Program-made: the position numbers and the translations under genes
The notes under the pieces: model-generated
The model's input: the letters and a program-made list of their open reading frames with translations, nothing else
The model's database searches: none
Told to the model about the DNA's origin: nothing
Part shown: piece after piece, positions 33,131 through 47,500 of the stretch
How the letters are laid out: each line of letters begins with the position of its first letter
Numbering within the stretch: the stretch's first letter is position 1
Assembly: GCA_905178155.1 (NCBI GenBank)
Contig: CAJINV010000011.1
Coordinates: 369,914-433,913 of the forward strand
DNA: 64,000 nt
Direction of reading: 5' to 3'
Origin: Amoebophrya sp. A120
Taxonomy: Eukaryota; Protista; Dinoflagellata

Positions 33131-36100
33131 TCAAGTTCTGGAAATTTCTTTCAGTGTCCGCACACTATGATCTTCGAGTTGTTCTTTTACCCGGGCCTGG
33201 AACAACTGCAGCCGCTCTTCCGGGGACCAGTGCGCCGTTCGTAGTATCCAGTGATATTGTGGTGGTGCAGAGGAGGTGGAAGAAAAACCCCGAAAAGACC
33301 ACGTCCTTCGTCCTCCTTCTTCGCAAAGGGCATACTGGCGGAAGAAGTATCTGGCCAGTGTCCAGCAGAACTCCAGGTCGATGATGTCGGTGAGGGATGG
33401 AGGGTCGACGACGTCGTCGTGCAAAGCACTATTTCTCGTACTAGACGAGGAAAACAAACCGAAATCCGGTTGAACCGCAGAATATCCTCCGCAGAAGTAT
33501 CGTACTCGTATAAATGCATTACAAATTTCCTCAGCATAAGAGATAAAATTTGTAATGCTGATTTAGCTTAGGAACAAGATTTGTAATGCATGTCTGCAAT
33601 TACTACGAGTACGATTCTTTTGCAGTGGATACAGAATTCATCATCGTCGACAGTGGATTTCCAGTTTGATTTTCATCACGTGGAAACAATAATTCTTCCC
33701 CTAGTGCAAACAACGTCTCGCGTTGCAGAATGCGCTGACCAGCTCGCTCCAACATCCGCCTTGGATCAGCGATCATCGTGGAAGATTTTCGTACAAGAAC
33801 TCCTGCATGATGATCGGTAGTTTTATTGACGCCGACAGGTCGTGGAGGCTGTTGGTCTGGCATTGGCTCCCGGTCGACGTCGTCCCACAGCTTCTCAGTC
33901 CGGACCTCCTGCAATACTTCGCACAGGAAGTCCTCGCGCGCGGACTCGATTTCCTCACGGAGCTCCTCCGCAGCGATCCTACGGGCCTTCCTGGTAGTTC
34001 TAGCTGATGACTCTTTATGCCGTTCTCGATCATGTTCTTGCCAGCAGGAAAAGAACTGTTGTTCCGCAGCATCGCCACGTAACCCACACAGAAGCGCTGT
34101 AGCTTCAAGTTGTAACCGCCGAGAAGACATTGAACCGGCGTTCGTGTTACCAGCACGACCACCCGGTGATGACACGAAGTGTGCCAGCAGCCTTGCGTCT
34201 CTCTTCAGGCCGCGTTCGAGCAGCCCGCCCCACGGTAGTTGTCCCTCGACATAGTTGAGGTACGGATACTTTGGATTTTTACGAAAATTTCTATCCCCGA
34301 CACCAGAACTACTGCTCGAGGTGGAGGATACTACGCAGTAGAGGTCCTTGGCCGCGCGGTGGAAAAAATTGCAGATTTCGATGTAGCCGTAATGCCAGCA
34401 GGCTTCCGTCACGGAGCAGTGGCCACTGTCCACCAAAGACCCTACTCGGCGAGCCGCGTCTTCGTAAATTGCGTGTGTCGTCTTGTACTTGAAGTCCCGC
34501 AATTCTTGCTCGTTTTCGCGGGCTCGAGTGCGTGCACGTGCGCGGTCTTGCGCTTTCGTCATCCTCCACGGTTGTGCTTGTGTTGGAAGAACGTCTTCTT
34601 CTACGGTCGTGCGAACCCGAGGCTCAAGTATCTTCGGCGCCCCTGCGCTGCTCGGGTTGGACGGAGATCCTTCCTCCGCTGGAGCAGGAGGCTTGACGAT
34701 GTTCATCTGGCTGTGAGATTTCATTATACCGCTGCTCTTCTTGTCCACGCCAACTTCCGATGTACTTTTACGCTCTGTAGTTGTTCTCCTCTTCTGGCGA
34801 AACTCTTCCCGTCGGAAAAACAAGCTCCTTTCCGCGAGCCGCTTCGATATCTGAAACATTTCGTGGGCTTTCTCCGGGTCAAGGTCTTCAAACTCGTCCA
34901 TTTGCGAGTCCGCGGACAACATGTCAGTCGTGCGCCCTGAAGAAGTTGTCGCCCGTTTGTTTTTCATCATGTAGTCCCCAGGCTCAGCCACCCGGATTTC
35001 GCTTACACCCGGAAAGTATCAAATGCAAAAGTGTCTGGGTCTGCAAGAATGCGAGATTTGTCATGCAGCTTTTTCATGACCCATGAGGTCTCGTATGTAG
35101 GACATAGCATGACAGATTCTTTGAGAGTTCTATCATGCCCATCCTGCATGAGAAACTGCCTCTCGATTAGGTCAAAAGTGGACAGCTTTGGGTAATCATG
35201 CAATACAGATTTTTACATGAACCCGATTTAGCATGACAAGTTGCTTTGTTCCAGACCCAGACATTTTTGCATTTGATAGAAAGTTCGCAAGGGAGAGCAA
35301 CCCGCAGTCTTGCAGTTCCACAATATCCTGCGCAAAAGTATCGCACTCGTAGTAATCGCAATTATGCATTACAAATCTCCATCCCAAGGTAAATCAGCAT
35401 GGTAAATTCTATTTGGCATGCTGAGCTAATTTGTAATGCAATTACGACTAGTACGATGCTTTTATTGCAATTCATACACGAAGAATGGCAGCCATTCCGG
35501 ATTCAGTGTCAAAATGAGTTCTCGTGGCGGAGGAGATGGTGGCCGTTGCAGCGAAGACTTCTCGTCTTTTTCCGTGCTGTGCTGGTCGGTATACTCTCCT
35601 TGCAGCGGTTCTTCGTCGCACTTCTTCTCACAAGATGTTCTTCTCATGAGCGATTTATTGTTATCCTCGTTGGCTGCAGGACCACCATCTGTTTCGCTAT
35701 CACTAGCGCTGCTTTCGCTGATATCGTCTCCAACGCGGTCAGAAGAACTCGAGCTGGACTTATCGCTTGGCAAGTCAGAAGAGCCGTCATCTGAAGGTGG
35801 TGTGGATGATGGTGGTGATCTAGGACAACTAGGTGCTGCAGAAAGGTCAACAGTGACAGTGTGGTCCTCAACATCGGGAGATGAAGGAGGAACACCTCCA
35901 TCTACATCTTCGCCATCTTCTGCTTCACTCTCAGTAGACGGCGGGCCGCTCCAATCCTCAGAGCTCGAACTGGCACGACTACTAGGCAGACTCGAGCTGT
36001 CGTCTTCTTCATCCTGCCCTGGTCCGGGTGGTACGGGGTCGTCGTTTGAAGTTTTCTGATTTATTTCTTCCGAAGTAGCACTATTTGGTGGTCCAACGCC

Positions 36101-39100
36101 TATTTGTTCCAAATCTTTCAACTTCGCCAGCGCCATCGCCCGGTGTTGCAGCAGCCGCTTCATCTCCATTTCTGCCATTTCCGAATCCACTCTCTTCCGC
36201 TTGTTCTGTAGTTTCCGCTCCCGCCTTTGCAGGTAGCGGAGTTTTTCCCGCTGCCGGATTACGTCTTTTGTCCTTCTGACCTCGGCTTTGACAAGCTGTT
36301 TTTGGTTCTCTTCGTTCGCCATCGCTGTTGTTTCTTCCCTCTTCCGCTCTTCCAATGTGACTGATTTGTATTCCAGTTGGATCTCTTGCCATGTCGTCTG
36401 CACAAGGTTTTGGAGGAGTTCGACTTCTGCAGTGGCTCCAGACCTAGCGGTCAAATTCGTTCCACCACTTGCTTGCGACCACGAACAAGACGAAGAAGTT
36501 CTTGTGCTGAAAAAGTCGAATTGTTCCGCGAACACCTTTACTAGGAGCTGTGCGTCGCGCGCCTGGTACGACCCGAGCGGCGGGAGTACAACTACCGGCT
36601 TGTTCGGCGCGCCAGCTGACGTCGTGATTTGCAGCTTCTCTCCGGACGACGATGAGTAGTTTTGGTTTTGCTGCGCTGCTTTGTGCTTTCTACCGAGAAA
36701 ACTTCTCTCCCTTTCGCGGCGCACCGCCGCCTGGCGTTGCTTTAATTCCAAAATTTTATCCCTTCGCTGCTCCATCTGGACCACATCCTTCGCGAAGTTT
36801 GTTCGCTGGTCAATGAAACGAGGGACTCTAGTTCTTAAAGTTGTACGAGTTGTTCTACTTGTACCACCGCCGGAAGATGACCCGGAAGCTGCTGGTGTAG
36901 TTCTCGCCGGTTTTGTCGTGAGAAGAATGCGTTGCTCGTCAAAGTCGTCATTCTCAGTGCTGACCGAATCATTGTCGGAAGAGTCAGAACTGGAGAGGTA
37001 GCCAACTTCGAGTTTCTGCGAGGCACGACTTCTCGCCTCATCATTTTCCTTTGCTAAACTCGAACTACTAGAAGACGAGGTGCTGCTATTTTTCGTTTTA
37101 TTTCCCCGAGCGGACCTTGTTTCTCGTCGCCGTCGCTCACCACGAGAGCTGCGCTCCTTGTTATTCCCCAACTGCAGAAGCTTGCGAAGGTTTACCATGT
37201 CGTGGCTTGCATTTTCCTCCTCATCGGAACTGCTTTCACTCGTGTCCTTCCCGTCGTCGCTGTCGAAGATTTTCAAGCCCTTTTTCCTTCGCCGCTCCTT
37301 CTCGTCCACCCACAGCTGCCGGAGGCTCTGTCGATCGGCATGTAAGCGTTCGAAGTCTTCTTCCAGCCGCCGTCTTTCCGCTTCCCGCACCTTCTTGTCC
37401 TGCTCCCGTTTAAACTGGTTTTTCTCGCGAAGTTTCTGCTTTTCCCGTTCCAGTCTCTCCTGCTCCTCGCGGTACCGCTGCCGTTCCGACTTGGACCGTC
37501 GCTTTTTCTCCTGCCGGAATTCCTCCCGCAACTGCTCTCGTTGCTTTTCCCGAAGCTCCTGGACGTGGAACGAATCTTCCCCGACCATTTGAATCAGATC
37601 CTCGAGGCCAAACTCGATCTCATCAGCTGCACGCTCTTCGTCTTCTTCGGCCTGCTCCGCTTCCCTCTTGGCGTTGATGTATTCTTCCTGGACACACTGG
37701 AGCTCTTCGTCGACTTCCCGCAGCCTCCGGCGGATCATCGGCGGACTGCGTTCGAGCGGTCTGCCCTTGTAATCTATCAGCCGCTGGATGTCTTCGCGCA
37801 GGAGAAATTCCCGCTTCTTCTCTTTCACTTGCGTTTCGAAAACCGGCTTGAGTTTTTTGATCATCACGTTCTGCGGACGGTCGTAGGGAACCAGCTCTGC
37901 TTTGTGCGCCTGGAGCGCAAGGATCGGGTGGTCTTGCACAAGGCCCGCCTTTATGCATTGCAAAAATAATGTCGTGTTCGTTGTAATTGCAGTCATGCAT
38001 GACAAATCTGCTCTCTGATAGGTAAACCAGCATTACAAATTCCATTTTTCCATTTGTAATGCTGAGCATCAAGTTTGTGATGCAATTTCTACTACGTACA
38101 ATGCTTTTGCAATGCATAGCTTTCACAGCGGGGTAGTGGGTCAAACCATCGGGATATCAAGTGCAAATATGTCTGGGTCTGGAAGATTGTCAAGTTTGTC
38201 ATGCATATTTTGCGATGACCCATGACACCTGCAATGCATGGCCTAGCATCACAGATCTTTTCATCAGGGCCTCCTGATGCCTATTCCGCATAAGAAATGC
38301 CTTCTCCGCGGAGCGCAAACTGGATTATTGTCTTGCTGGTCATGCAATACAGATTTGTTTACAATCCAAGCGCAGCATGACAAGTTTACATCCTTCGAGA
38401 CCCAGACATATTTGCACTTCATACGGGACAAACGTACGCAATCTTCTCCATCTGGTAGTCCTGCATGCGGTCCAAATTGTTTGGCCAGAGACCACGCTTC
38501 TGCTTTTTCAAAAACACTTTCCGCCATTTCTTCCCAAATTTCGCCTTGCTGGTCCTGTTGCGCTTCTTAAAATGGAACCACTCTGCGGTCTTCCACTGCA
38601 ACTTCCACGCGTCTTTCTTCGAGCGTGGGAAGAGAAACGGCTCCGGTTGGTAGGACTCCTGGACTAGAGAGAGCTGTTGCTCCCGCTGGAAAAACGGATG
38701 TTGTGTGGGATCGAGGAGGTTCTCCGCTTTATCAAAACCGCCAAAGTGCACGTCCGCCCACCGGCTGGGCTGCGTCACCTTTTTCAGGATCCTCTGTTCG
38801 TTCACGCCCATTGAGGCTTCGCGACGCAGAAAACGAAAACTCGTGTCCGACTCTTGGACGCGGACCCGTAGAGTTGTCATGCGCAGAGGATCGACGTCGT
38901 CGTGACAGTGGTTGATATCGCGTGAACCAGACGGTGCGACGACAAGCGCGCTCGTACTACGTCTCGGAGCAGGAGCGGTCGGGACGGCAGAAAACAGTAC
39001 ACCATCAGTCTCTACTTCCTCCTCGAGCTCGAAGTCACTGTCACCAGAGGAAAAGCTGCTGTCAGTTTCATCGCTTTCAGTATCGCTAGTATCATCAGAG

Positions 39101-41565
39101 CCAAAAAAATTCTTCCCCCCGTCGTCGTCGTCGTTCTCGAGTGCGGAAGATGTATGTGCATCAGAAGGAACGACCGCAGGACCGCCGAACTCTTGCTGCC
39201 ACGCCGCGAACTCCTCTTCCTCAAAATCGCGAGCGAGCGTGACCGGCTCGGTGGCGATGTCGCCGTCAAAGCAGTCGATGTTTTCGTCCGGATCCATCCT
39301 GTTCCAGCGGCTGACCCGTCCTCTCTTTTTTGCTTTTTCCAGCTGCTTCTTCTGCTTGTTTTCGGCTTTCAGGCGCTGGAGTATCAAAGTTTGTCCTTCA
39401 TCTAGTAATTGAGCTGCATCAGGCCCGGAGTCGTCGTCTTCAAAAGTTGATACGGAACTTCGCCTTCTTTTTCCCTCGGACTTGTCCTTCGCTCTTTGGC
39501 GGGCGTGATCCTGTGCAAAAGTATCGCAGTCGCACTTGTAAGGATCGCAATCATGCATTACAAATTTCCATCCGAAGGTAAAACAGCATGACAAATTCCC
39601 TTTGTCATGCTAATCGAATTTGTAATGCGATTTCTACTAGTACGATGCTTTTGCACAGCATAGGTGTAGTCGAGGAATTTCTGGACGTGGGGAGGTGGGT
39701 CCAGCAGCCGCCGCCAAGGGATGATCTCCTCTGGCGGAGTACGCTTCATCTTCTGCCTCGGCGGTATTTTTCGCTGTGCAGTGCTCTTACCAGTCTTGCT
39801 TCCCGCGGTGTGAAACCAGTTGTCTTCACTTTCGTTGTCATCATCATCGTCGTCGGTCCCTGCTAAGTCGAGGATTGCGCGTTTCCTTCCAGTGGCTTGC
39901 GATGGTCGTGCTTCTTGACCAAGCGGCGCATGATCCAGCTGGGCTTCCTCCTGCTTGTTCCGGGCGCTGACCTGCGCCTGCTGGGCATCGTAAAAAGCAT
40001 CGATATTCCCTGCGATTTCTTTCTGATCTCTCTTGTGCGCATTTATACGGTCTTTGTCGGGAACGATCTCGTAGTAGACTTCCCAGTCCCCAGATTTTGT
40101 TTTTTCCGACCAGCGAATCACTTTCCCGCCAAACTTGTCGATGAGCCGTTGATTTTCCGCTTCCTGCTGCCTCCTTCGCTTCTCTTCTGCCTTCTGTCTT
40201 GCTTTTTGCTCCCGCAGTTCCCACTCCTTCGCGTCTTCGGCTTTTTGGATCTGCTCAGCTGCGCATGTATCTACTACGACCTCACTCAATTCATCTTTAA
40301 TTCTCTTCGCCTCCACCGCCCCGTACATTATTCTGCTCCGGGCGTCCTGTGCGAGTTGATACCGCTTTTGCTCTAGCTGCACCGTTTTTTCCCAAAGCTG
40401 TCTATTATCCCAGGCATAGTCGACTGCTTCATTGGTAGCGAAGAAATGTGTGGGTGGCATTGTGGAAGGCGACATATAGCATACGTGCCAGAAATTACCG
40501 GGAACGAACTCGTTCCACCCAGGAATAGGTGCCTGAGCCGCGGGTTCAACATAGAAGTAGTCTCGGACAACTATGCTCGTTTCCTCTGCTCCGGCTTCTA
40601 CTCCTGCTTCTGCTTCGCCTTCCTCTTCGTTTTTGTACCTTCCTGCTTCCACAGCAGCATCGCGCAAGTCCAGAAGGACACTAAGCGGCCCGTCTTTTTC
40701 AGCTTTGCGGCGGATCCAGCTTGTCGGCCGGTCCTTTTCTAGAAGCTCTTTCATGAGGTTGATGCGGTCGAGGTTCTGAAATCGGTCCAGGTTCTCCTCG
40801 AACGAGTTCGGGTGGACGTAGTCCCGGCAGCCTTCCAGGAATAATCTGTATTCATCCGTCGTCTTCCTGCCATCAACATACTCGAAGTCTGTTAGCTCCA
40901 GCAGGTGACGCGGGCGGGGGGAGTGCATTGGACTCAGGCGAGAACAGGACTCGTTATCCTCTTCGTCGGGTAGAAGAAGTTGTTCTCCATATATATCCTC
41001 GTCTGCTGCACACCATACAAGATCTTCGTTACAGGGGGCACTAGTTCCTGTTCCACCTGTCGTCTGAGCCTCGTGTTCTACGAGGGAAACACCGTCGTTA
41101 CAAGCATACTTTTCACGACGAGCTTGCTCCTCCATCTCGCACTCTTTCTCAAAAGAAGACAGAGAATCGGACGAATCTTCATCCGCAGCTGCGTCCTTTT
41201 TTTGCGCGGAAAGAACCTCCTCCTGCTCCGAGTCGGAGAGCAGACTGTCCTCGTCGACGTCCGAAGTAGAGTTCTGGCCGCGACCTTCGCCGCGCCTTTC
41301 CCAGGCCACCGCTTGAGCTTCGCTGACCGGCGTAAATGGCGAAGAGCCGGCTTCGCCCAATAACGGGGGCGACGCTACGTCGAGCCGAGGTGTAGCAATG
41401 CTGTCATTTTGTGGAGGCGAGACGCGCATCCACTGTTGCAGGGTCGATGGCCCGCCGTGGGTTTTTTTCCCGGGGGTAAATTCCTGCGCATCTGGGTTCA
41501 GTGTGGACTTTACCTTTTTCTTTTTCTTGGTTGTGCCGTCGAGACTGCTTTCGTTATCATCGTCG

Positions 41566-41596
<31 letters not shown>

Positions 41597-44500
41597 CATC
41601 GTCCTCTCTCGGAAGCAGTGTTTCCTTTTGATGTCCAACTAGAGGAAGGTCTTCATCATCCTCTTCACTGACACTGGCGCTGCTGGCGTCGGATTGGAAA
41701 GAGAAGTTCGCCGGCAAACGATGATCCACCGCAGAAGAGGAACTAGAACCACTTGCAGAATTTTCCGCTACAACATTATCACCGACTTCTTCTTCTCGAC
41801 CATCGTGCTTGGTATCTACCAGAAGCTCCTCGTTCCGGAATACGCCACTCTTGTTAACTCGCGTAGTTGTACTCGTAGTGCAGGCCCCGTCGTAAAGTGG
41901 AACTGTCTGCTGTGAGGCGGCGAGGGAGTCGAAGTCCCCTCCTTCTCCGCGGATACTAAAGGTACCGTGCAGGTCCACCGTGGACGGATCGTACGACGGT
42001 GCCGGGGTCACGCTCAACGGCGAAGCTGGTGGACGGCTCGAAAGAAGACTTCCGCGCGTATTAGCCCTTGCTCTTCTTGAAGGTCCCCGCGGCTGGTGCG
42101 CGTCTTGGTCTTCTTCTTGTCCACGTGGTCGAGGTGGATCACAATGCAATACCGCTTGTTCCACTCCACTGTAGACTTCCGGATCGAAGAACCGTTGTCC
42201 TGGCTGGCAGATCGGCGACGAATCCAAGCTTTCCGCAAAGACCACGGAACCCTCAGTTGCGAAACGCTGCCGTGGACTCACCGGCCTGGAGTCCGACCCG
42301 AAAAAGGCGGAATATTGGCCAACACTGCCGCCGGCGCCAGAGACGACACTACTTGCAGGATGATCTCCTCCCGCGCCATGAACAAATGCCGTTGACGCGG
42401 CGGGATTATAGACGGAATCTGAATAGCTCGAAGTGGCCGAAGACCACGTTTGGTTGTTCCAGCAGCTGTCTAATCCGTCCTCATCCATCGCGCCGATAAC
42501 GAGAGGCTGATTGAGCTCCTCCGGTGTAAACAGCGCAAAGTGCTGTGCTGGTGGTGGCCCATGATCCTGTGCTACTTCTTCTGCTGTTCTCGTTTTTTCT
42601 GGTGTGCCAATGTGAAACTGCAGCGGCTCGCTTGTCGCAGGAGTTCTACTTGACGCGCATCTGGTGCCATCGGACGGCGCCGTGCTCAGTTGCAGGTGCA
42701 GCTCAGTTGCCGTAGTTGTGCCCACGGTTTCTGATGTTGATATTGCAAAAACGTTGTCGAGGGCTTGCTGCGGCACATGTTCTTGTGCAAGGCTGTTCTC
42801 GGGAAGATAATTGCCGACAGGATGGTCATTATTGCCGTTGTCTGCATGGCACAAAGCTTGCTCTTCCTTTTCCATTTCCACCGGAATTTCCTTTACAAAA
42901 GGCTTTGAGTCGTTGCGGTTTGGTACAACTCCAGCGTTGTACTTGCTCTTCATCGTCGAGGAGATTTTGCCGAAATTCTTCTTTCGTTGGTGCTTCCGCC
43001 ACCACCTGTTCACCTTTCTTCTCGTCTTGCTTGTCTTCTTCTCTTTCCGTCTCTGGGCGAAAAACGCCGGAAGTTTCTTCGCAAACTCTTTCCACAACCG
43101 CTGCGACTTTGGCTCGATGTTGGCCTGGTTAAGCGGTCCCGTTACGCGCAAAATGTCCCTGAACAAGTCGGCCTTGCCCAGGGCGTCATACTCAGCCTCT
43201 GGGTCGCTCGCAACGTCGTAGTTGTCCGAAGCTGCAGAGGAGCAGTCGTTGTCCTCGTCGTTGTCGTTATAATTTTCGTACCTCTTTATTCTCAACTGCT
43301 GTGCTTTCCGTCTTTCCCGATCGGCGAACCACTTGGCCCGGTCTCGCGCCAGCGTGTAGAAGTAATCTTGCTCTGCGGCGGTTTGAATGGCCATCTGAAT
43401 TTCGAGCTGATCCGGATCCCACGGGACGAACCGTTGCTTGTGCACGCTGGCTCGCAAAAGAGACGGCATGATCTCCTGGCTTCGCGGGTCGGGCTCCGAC
43501 CCCGGTTTATTGCTTATCGGAATCGCAAAATGTCCGAAGCACGCCGGCGCCAGCGGACCCATCATGTAGGGTGCATTTATTCCTTCAAATTCGTTCGTCG
43601 AAAATCTTTTCCCGGGCGGAGGAGGTACGAGCATAGAATTATCCGGTTTATCTCCTGGGGATTGAAAGGAGAACGTCTTGTGCGCGCCGTTTTGTAAGTA
43701 ATTCTCAGGCCCGGAAAATTCCTGCAATTTCTTTCGCTTCATCCACTCAAAGTGCTCCTCTCCCCGGTGAAACGGCATCAAGAAGTTCGCCAGAGATTCG
43801 ATCCCGGCTGGAGAGAATTCGAACCCTTTCGTGCTGTACATATCCGCTTCCCTGAACTGCCGCGCACGGCGGGCAAGCTCCAGCTGCTCCATCGCCCGCA
43901 TTCTGTGTTTCTGTGCGGGCACAGGCAGCGCGATCTTCACGTCGCAATCCTGATTTATTCTCGCGCTCCACGTTTCCACATCGTCGATTAGGAGATGATC
44001 TGCGCGGCGTGTAGTTTGTCCTCTGTTGTACAGCCCCTCCCTATAATCGAACCCACGACAGCTGCTCGACATCAGAGAGCGGTCACCTGCTGGGAAGACC
44101 AAACTTGCACTTGGCGCGGACATGTATTTTCCTTGCCGAAGTATTCGTTGTCTCTGGAACTCCTGGAGCGCCAGTTCGAACAGACGCGACGGCATTTTTG
44201 CACGATCAGAACCGAGCTTCGATCGCACACGCTGAACCAACAAAGCCACTTGGTCCACGATATCTTGCTTTTCTTCTTTCATGCGCAGCCAGCGTTGAAA
44301 GTGCTCGTACTCGAAAAGCGGTTCTTCGTGCGCGTGTTTTCCTGTTGTCAACAAACACGGCTGCTGGGAAGTAGTTGAAGAACCGGGATGAAACTGCAGC
44401 TCGACCTCTGGAGTCTTGCAGCCCAACTGCGCAAAAAACTTGTCCGTTTTTGGTTGCAACAGAAACTCATTCCATTGCTGCTGCATTGTCAGAAACTCTT

Positions 44501-47500
44501 TTACCTTCGACAAACCGAGAGTACAAAGCCCTTTCTCTACAACAGCCTTCAACCCGACTTCCGCAATCTCCTGTTTCTGCCTCTTTCTACTTTCTTCCCA
44601 TTTCTCCTCCACCGCGCTTTGCCACCATGCTTTCCTCAAATTCCGCTGATTCCGCCGTCCCTCCACGGACTCTTCCTGCTTTTTCCTCTCCTGCCGCTTC
44701 TGTTCTTTCCGCTCTTTTCTCTTGGCTTCCATTTTCTCTTCGCGACGGCGTTCTTTCGCTTCTTCTTTCACCCTTTTCGCCTCCCTCTTCGCCTCCTCGC
44801 GTTCAAAAAGCCGGTCTTGCCGCTTCTCCTCCTTGAGCTCCTGTTCGTACGATCTGTGGGGCATCACCCCGTCGTGGTGGAAACAAAACGCCTCGGGGTT
44901 CTCCACCTTGGCCCAATCCAGGAAATGCTGCTGAATTTTGTCCTCCTCCGCAATCTCGCTCACAGTATCGCTGCTGCGGCTACGGGAGAGAACATCTTCC
45001 AGGTCGTTCGAATCGTTAGAGTCGTTCTCGTCACTGTCGGAGATGGACGAGGCATCGCCATCAGACGCCGTCCGGAGGTTCTTCGCATTAGCTTTACGTT
45101 GGCCGCCCTCATCATCGGAATCAGAAACAGATGACACCGAGGGCGAAGACACGCTATCGCTGTCGGATGACTTCCACGACATGAAGTCGTCGGAGTTAAA
45201 AGACGACAGCGAAGACAAACTGCTCTCACTGTCACTTTCACCGCCTTCTCCGACGTCCCGCGGTGCAAAAGTCGGCACGGGGTCGCCTTGGTCGTCAAAC
45301 TGGTAGTTCTGCTCGTAGCTAGCCCTTAGAATCTTATCGTAGTAATCGAGGCGGTGCAGGTGGTGCGGCGCAGAGCGCTGGGAGTTGAATTTTTTGTACA
45401 AAGGCGTGGCGAAGCGGAAAGCTCTTTGAGGTGGCACGACCGGGGGCGGGGACATGCTGCTTGCTTCACTTGTTCGTTCCTGTGAGGGAGATGGACAAGT
45501 CGAAAGTGTTCGTGCAGGAGAACTAGCAAATTGCTGATCCTGGAACTCCTGCGCTAATTTTTCCTGCTGTTGATCAATATCTTCTGCAAGTAGACGGTCC
45601 TCTTCCCATTGCAGCTCTCTCATTCCCGCGGTCTTGACAGCGGAGTAGAGTTGTACTTCTTCTGCAACATCATGATCCTCCTCTTCCTCGTCATCGGTAG
45701 TCAGCACGAGAGAAACCCGATCTGAAGGCGCATCAGATGCAATAGAGCCACAGTCATTGTGATGCTCCCTCGCAGCTTCATCCAAAGCAGCAGGCTGCAA
45801 ATCATCTTCTTCATCCAGGTCAACAACGTCGCTCGTCTGTTTCGATGAACTGTGCCTACTTGTTGAGGAGAACCTGCTTGTCCCTGGAGGTTGCCCTTGG
45901 GCAGACATTTGCTCGTCTGCCGGTAGTTCTTGTACGTTTTGTGCTGTTGGATCTCTTGCATTTTGTCTGTCATTTGCCAAAGCATCTTCAGGTGAGCTGC
46001 TGCAACCGGAAGTAGAAGCACCGTTGAAAGTCGGACCGAGAAAATGTTGATCAAGATGTTGATCCTGTATGTGAACTTCCCGATACAACACCGCTTCGCC
46101 GTTTGCCAGTGCTCGAACCTTTTGCGCAAGAGGCTGCGCCTTTCTCCACTGCACCACCGGCACAGCCGGCCCGCGCGAGATGTCCTGTGGCAAAATTGCA
46201 GCAGAAGGTGGAGTCGGTTTTGATAAAGCTGCTGTGCCATCGATCGAGGGCCGAGTAGGAGAAGGAGAGGTAGAAGCAGATTCAGATCCCGTTGTTCCCA
46301 CTACCTGCTGCTGCTGCTGCTGCATTTGAACAAAGCAGGGCGCAAGTTGCAGGCCACACGCGGCCCAGTGCTTTGGTACTAACGGAGGCTTACTATTTTC
46401 GCGTAGAAGTCGTGATCCTGCTTCGTACTGCTGCTGCCCCTGTTTCAAACGCAACAGAATGGCGTTTTTCCACCCTTCATACAGGTGCGGGCCGACCACT
46501 TTGCGGATTGGGGTCAGAATCTCCTCGCCGAGCCTTTCGGCTGAGAATCTCGCGTCTTCGTTGTGCAGGTGCTTTTCGGGGGACCGCGAATCCTTCCCTT
46601 GAAGCTCCTGGCGGCCGCCGCGGGGAACAACGAGTTGCATCTCGTCGTACCTTGTCCGCCTTTCGTAGTAGTCCAAGGTGGTCGTCAGTTCCGCTTGCAT
46701 TAGCATCCCCACGCTCGCCTGGGCGCGGTCCCAGGGGATGGCGCTGTCCCGTCGCCGTTTCACGTGACGGGTCACACCAGTTTGTGACAAGATCACATCG
46801 TCGTCCTCCAGCATCTCCGCGACCGATAAGGCCCCGCGCGGACAGAACTCCCGGTCGTAGAGCCCGAACTTGTTCTTTAGATTCTGCTCCACTTCCGCGA
46901 GGTACTGATCTGTTTTCGCACTCAATTCCATCAATGGGAAGAAAACCGGCGGCAGGTGCCGCCGCATTTGTTTGTAGGACTCGAGCCGGTGCTTTTTGTG
47001 GACCTTTCGGTAGTCCGGGACGCAGAAAAGTTCGCCTGTGGCGTCGTCACGGACCAAAAGCGTTTTCCTCGTCCGGGATTTTCTCTTCAAAACTTGTTGC
47101 TCATACAAGTTGTCGTACCACTCGTTGTATTTTCGAGCCTCCTTTTTACGTCGGCTCAGCAGTTGCATTTTTGCGCGGTTTATAATGATCTTTGTGTCGT
47201 GGTCTCCTGCTTCAGAATGAAGATCATCTTCCGGCGTTTGCTTTTTCCTCAGAGTGGAATCTGTCATCTTCGGCCCTGTTCCTGCAGTATTTCCCACACG
47301 TTCTTGTACTACTACCCGCTGATTCAGCTCGGCACAGTTTCGCGTAGCCACGTGGAGCAGCAAATCCAGGTTCCAGTCCGTTAAATTTTCGCTCGGCGCC
47401 ACGGCCTGGCCGGTGAAAGCTAATCGGTAGAAGTCTTGCGCATCGTCCCACGACGGCCTGGCGGTGCCTAGTAGTGGACGACATGATGTTGGGGCGAAAG

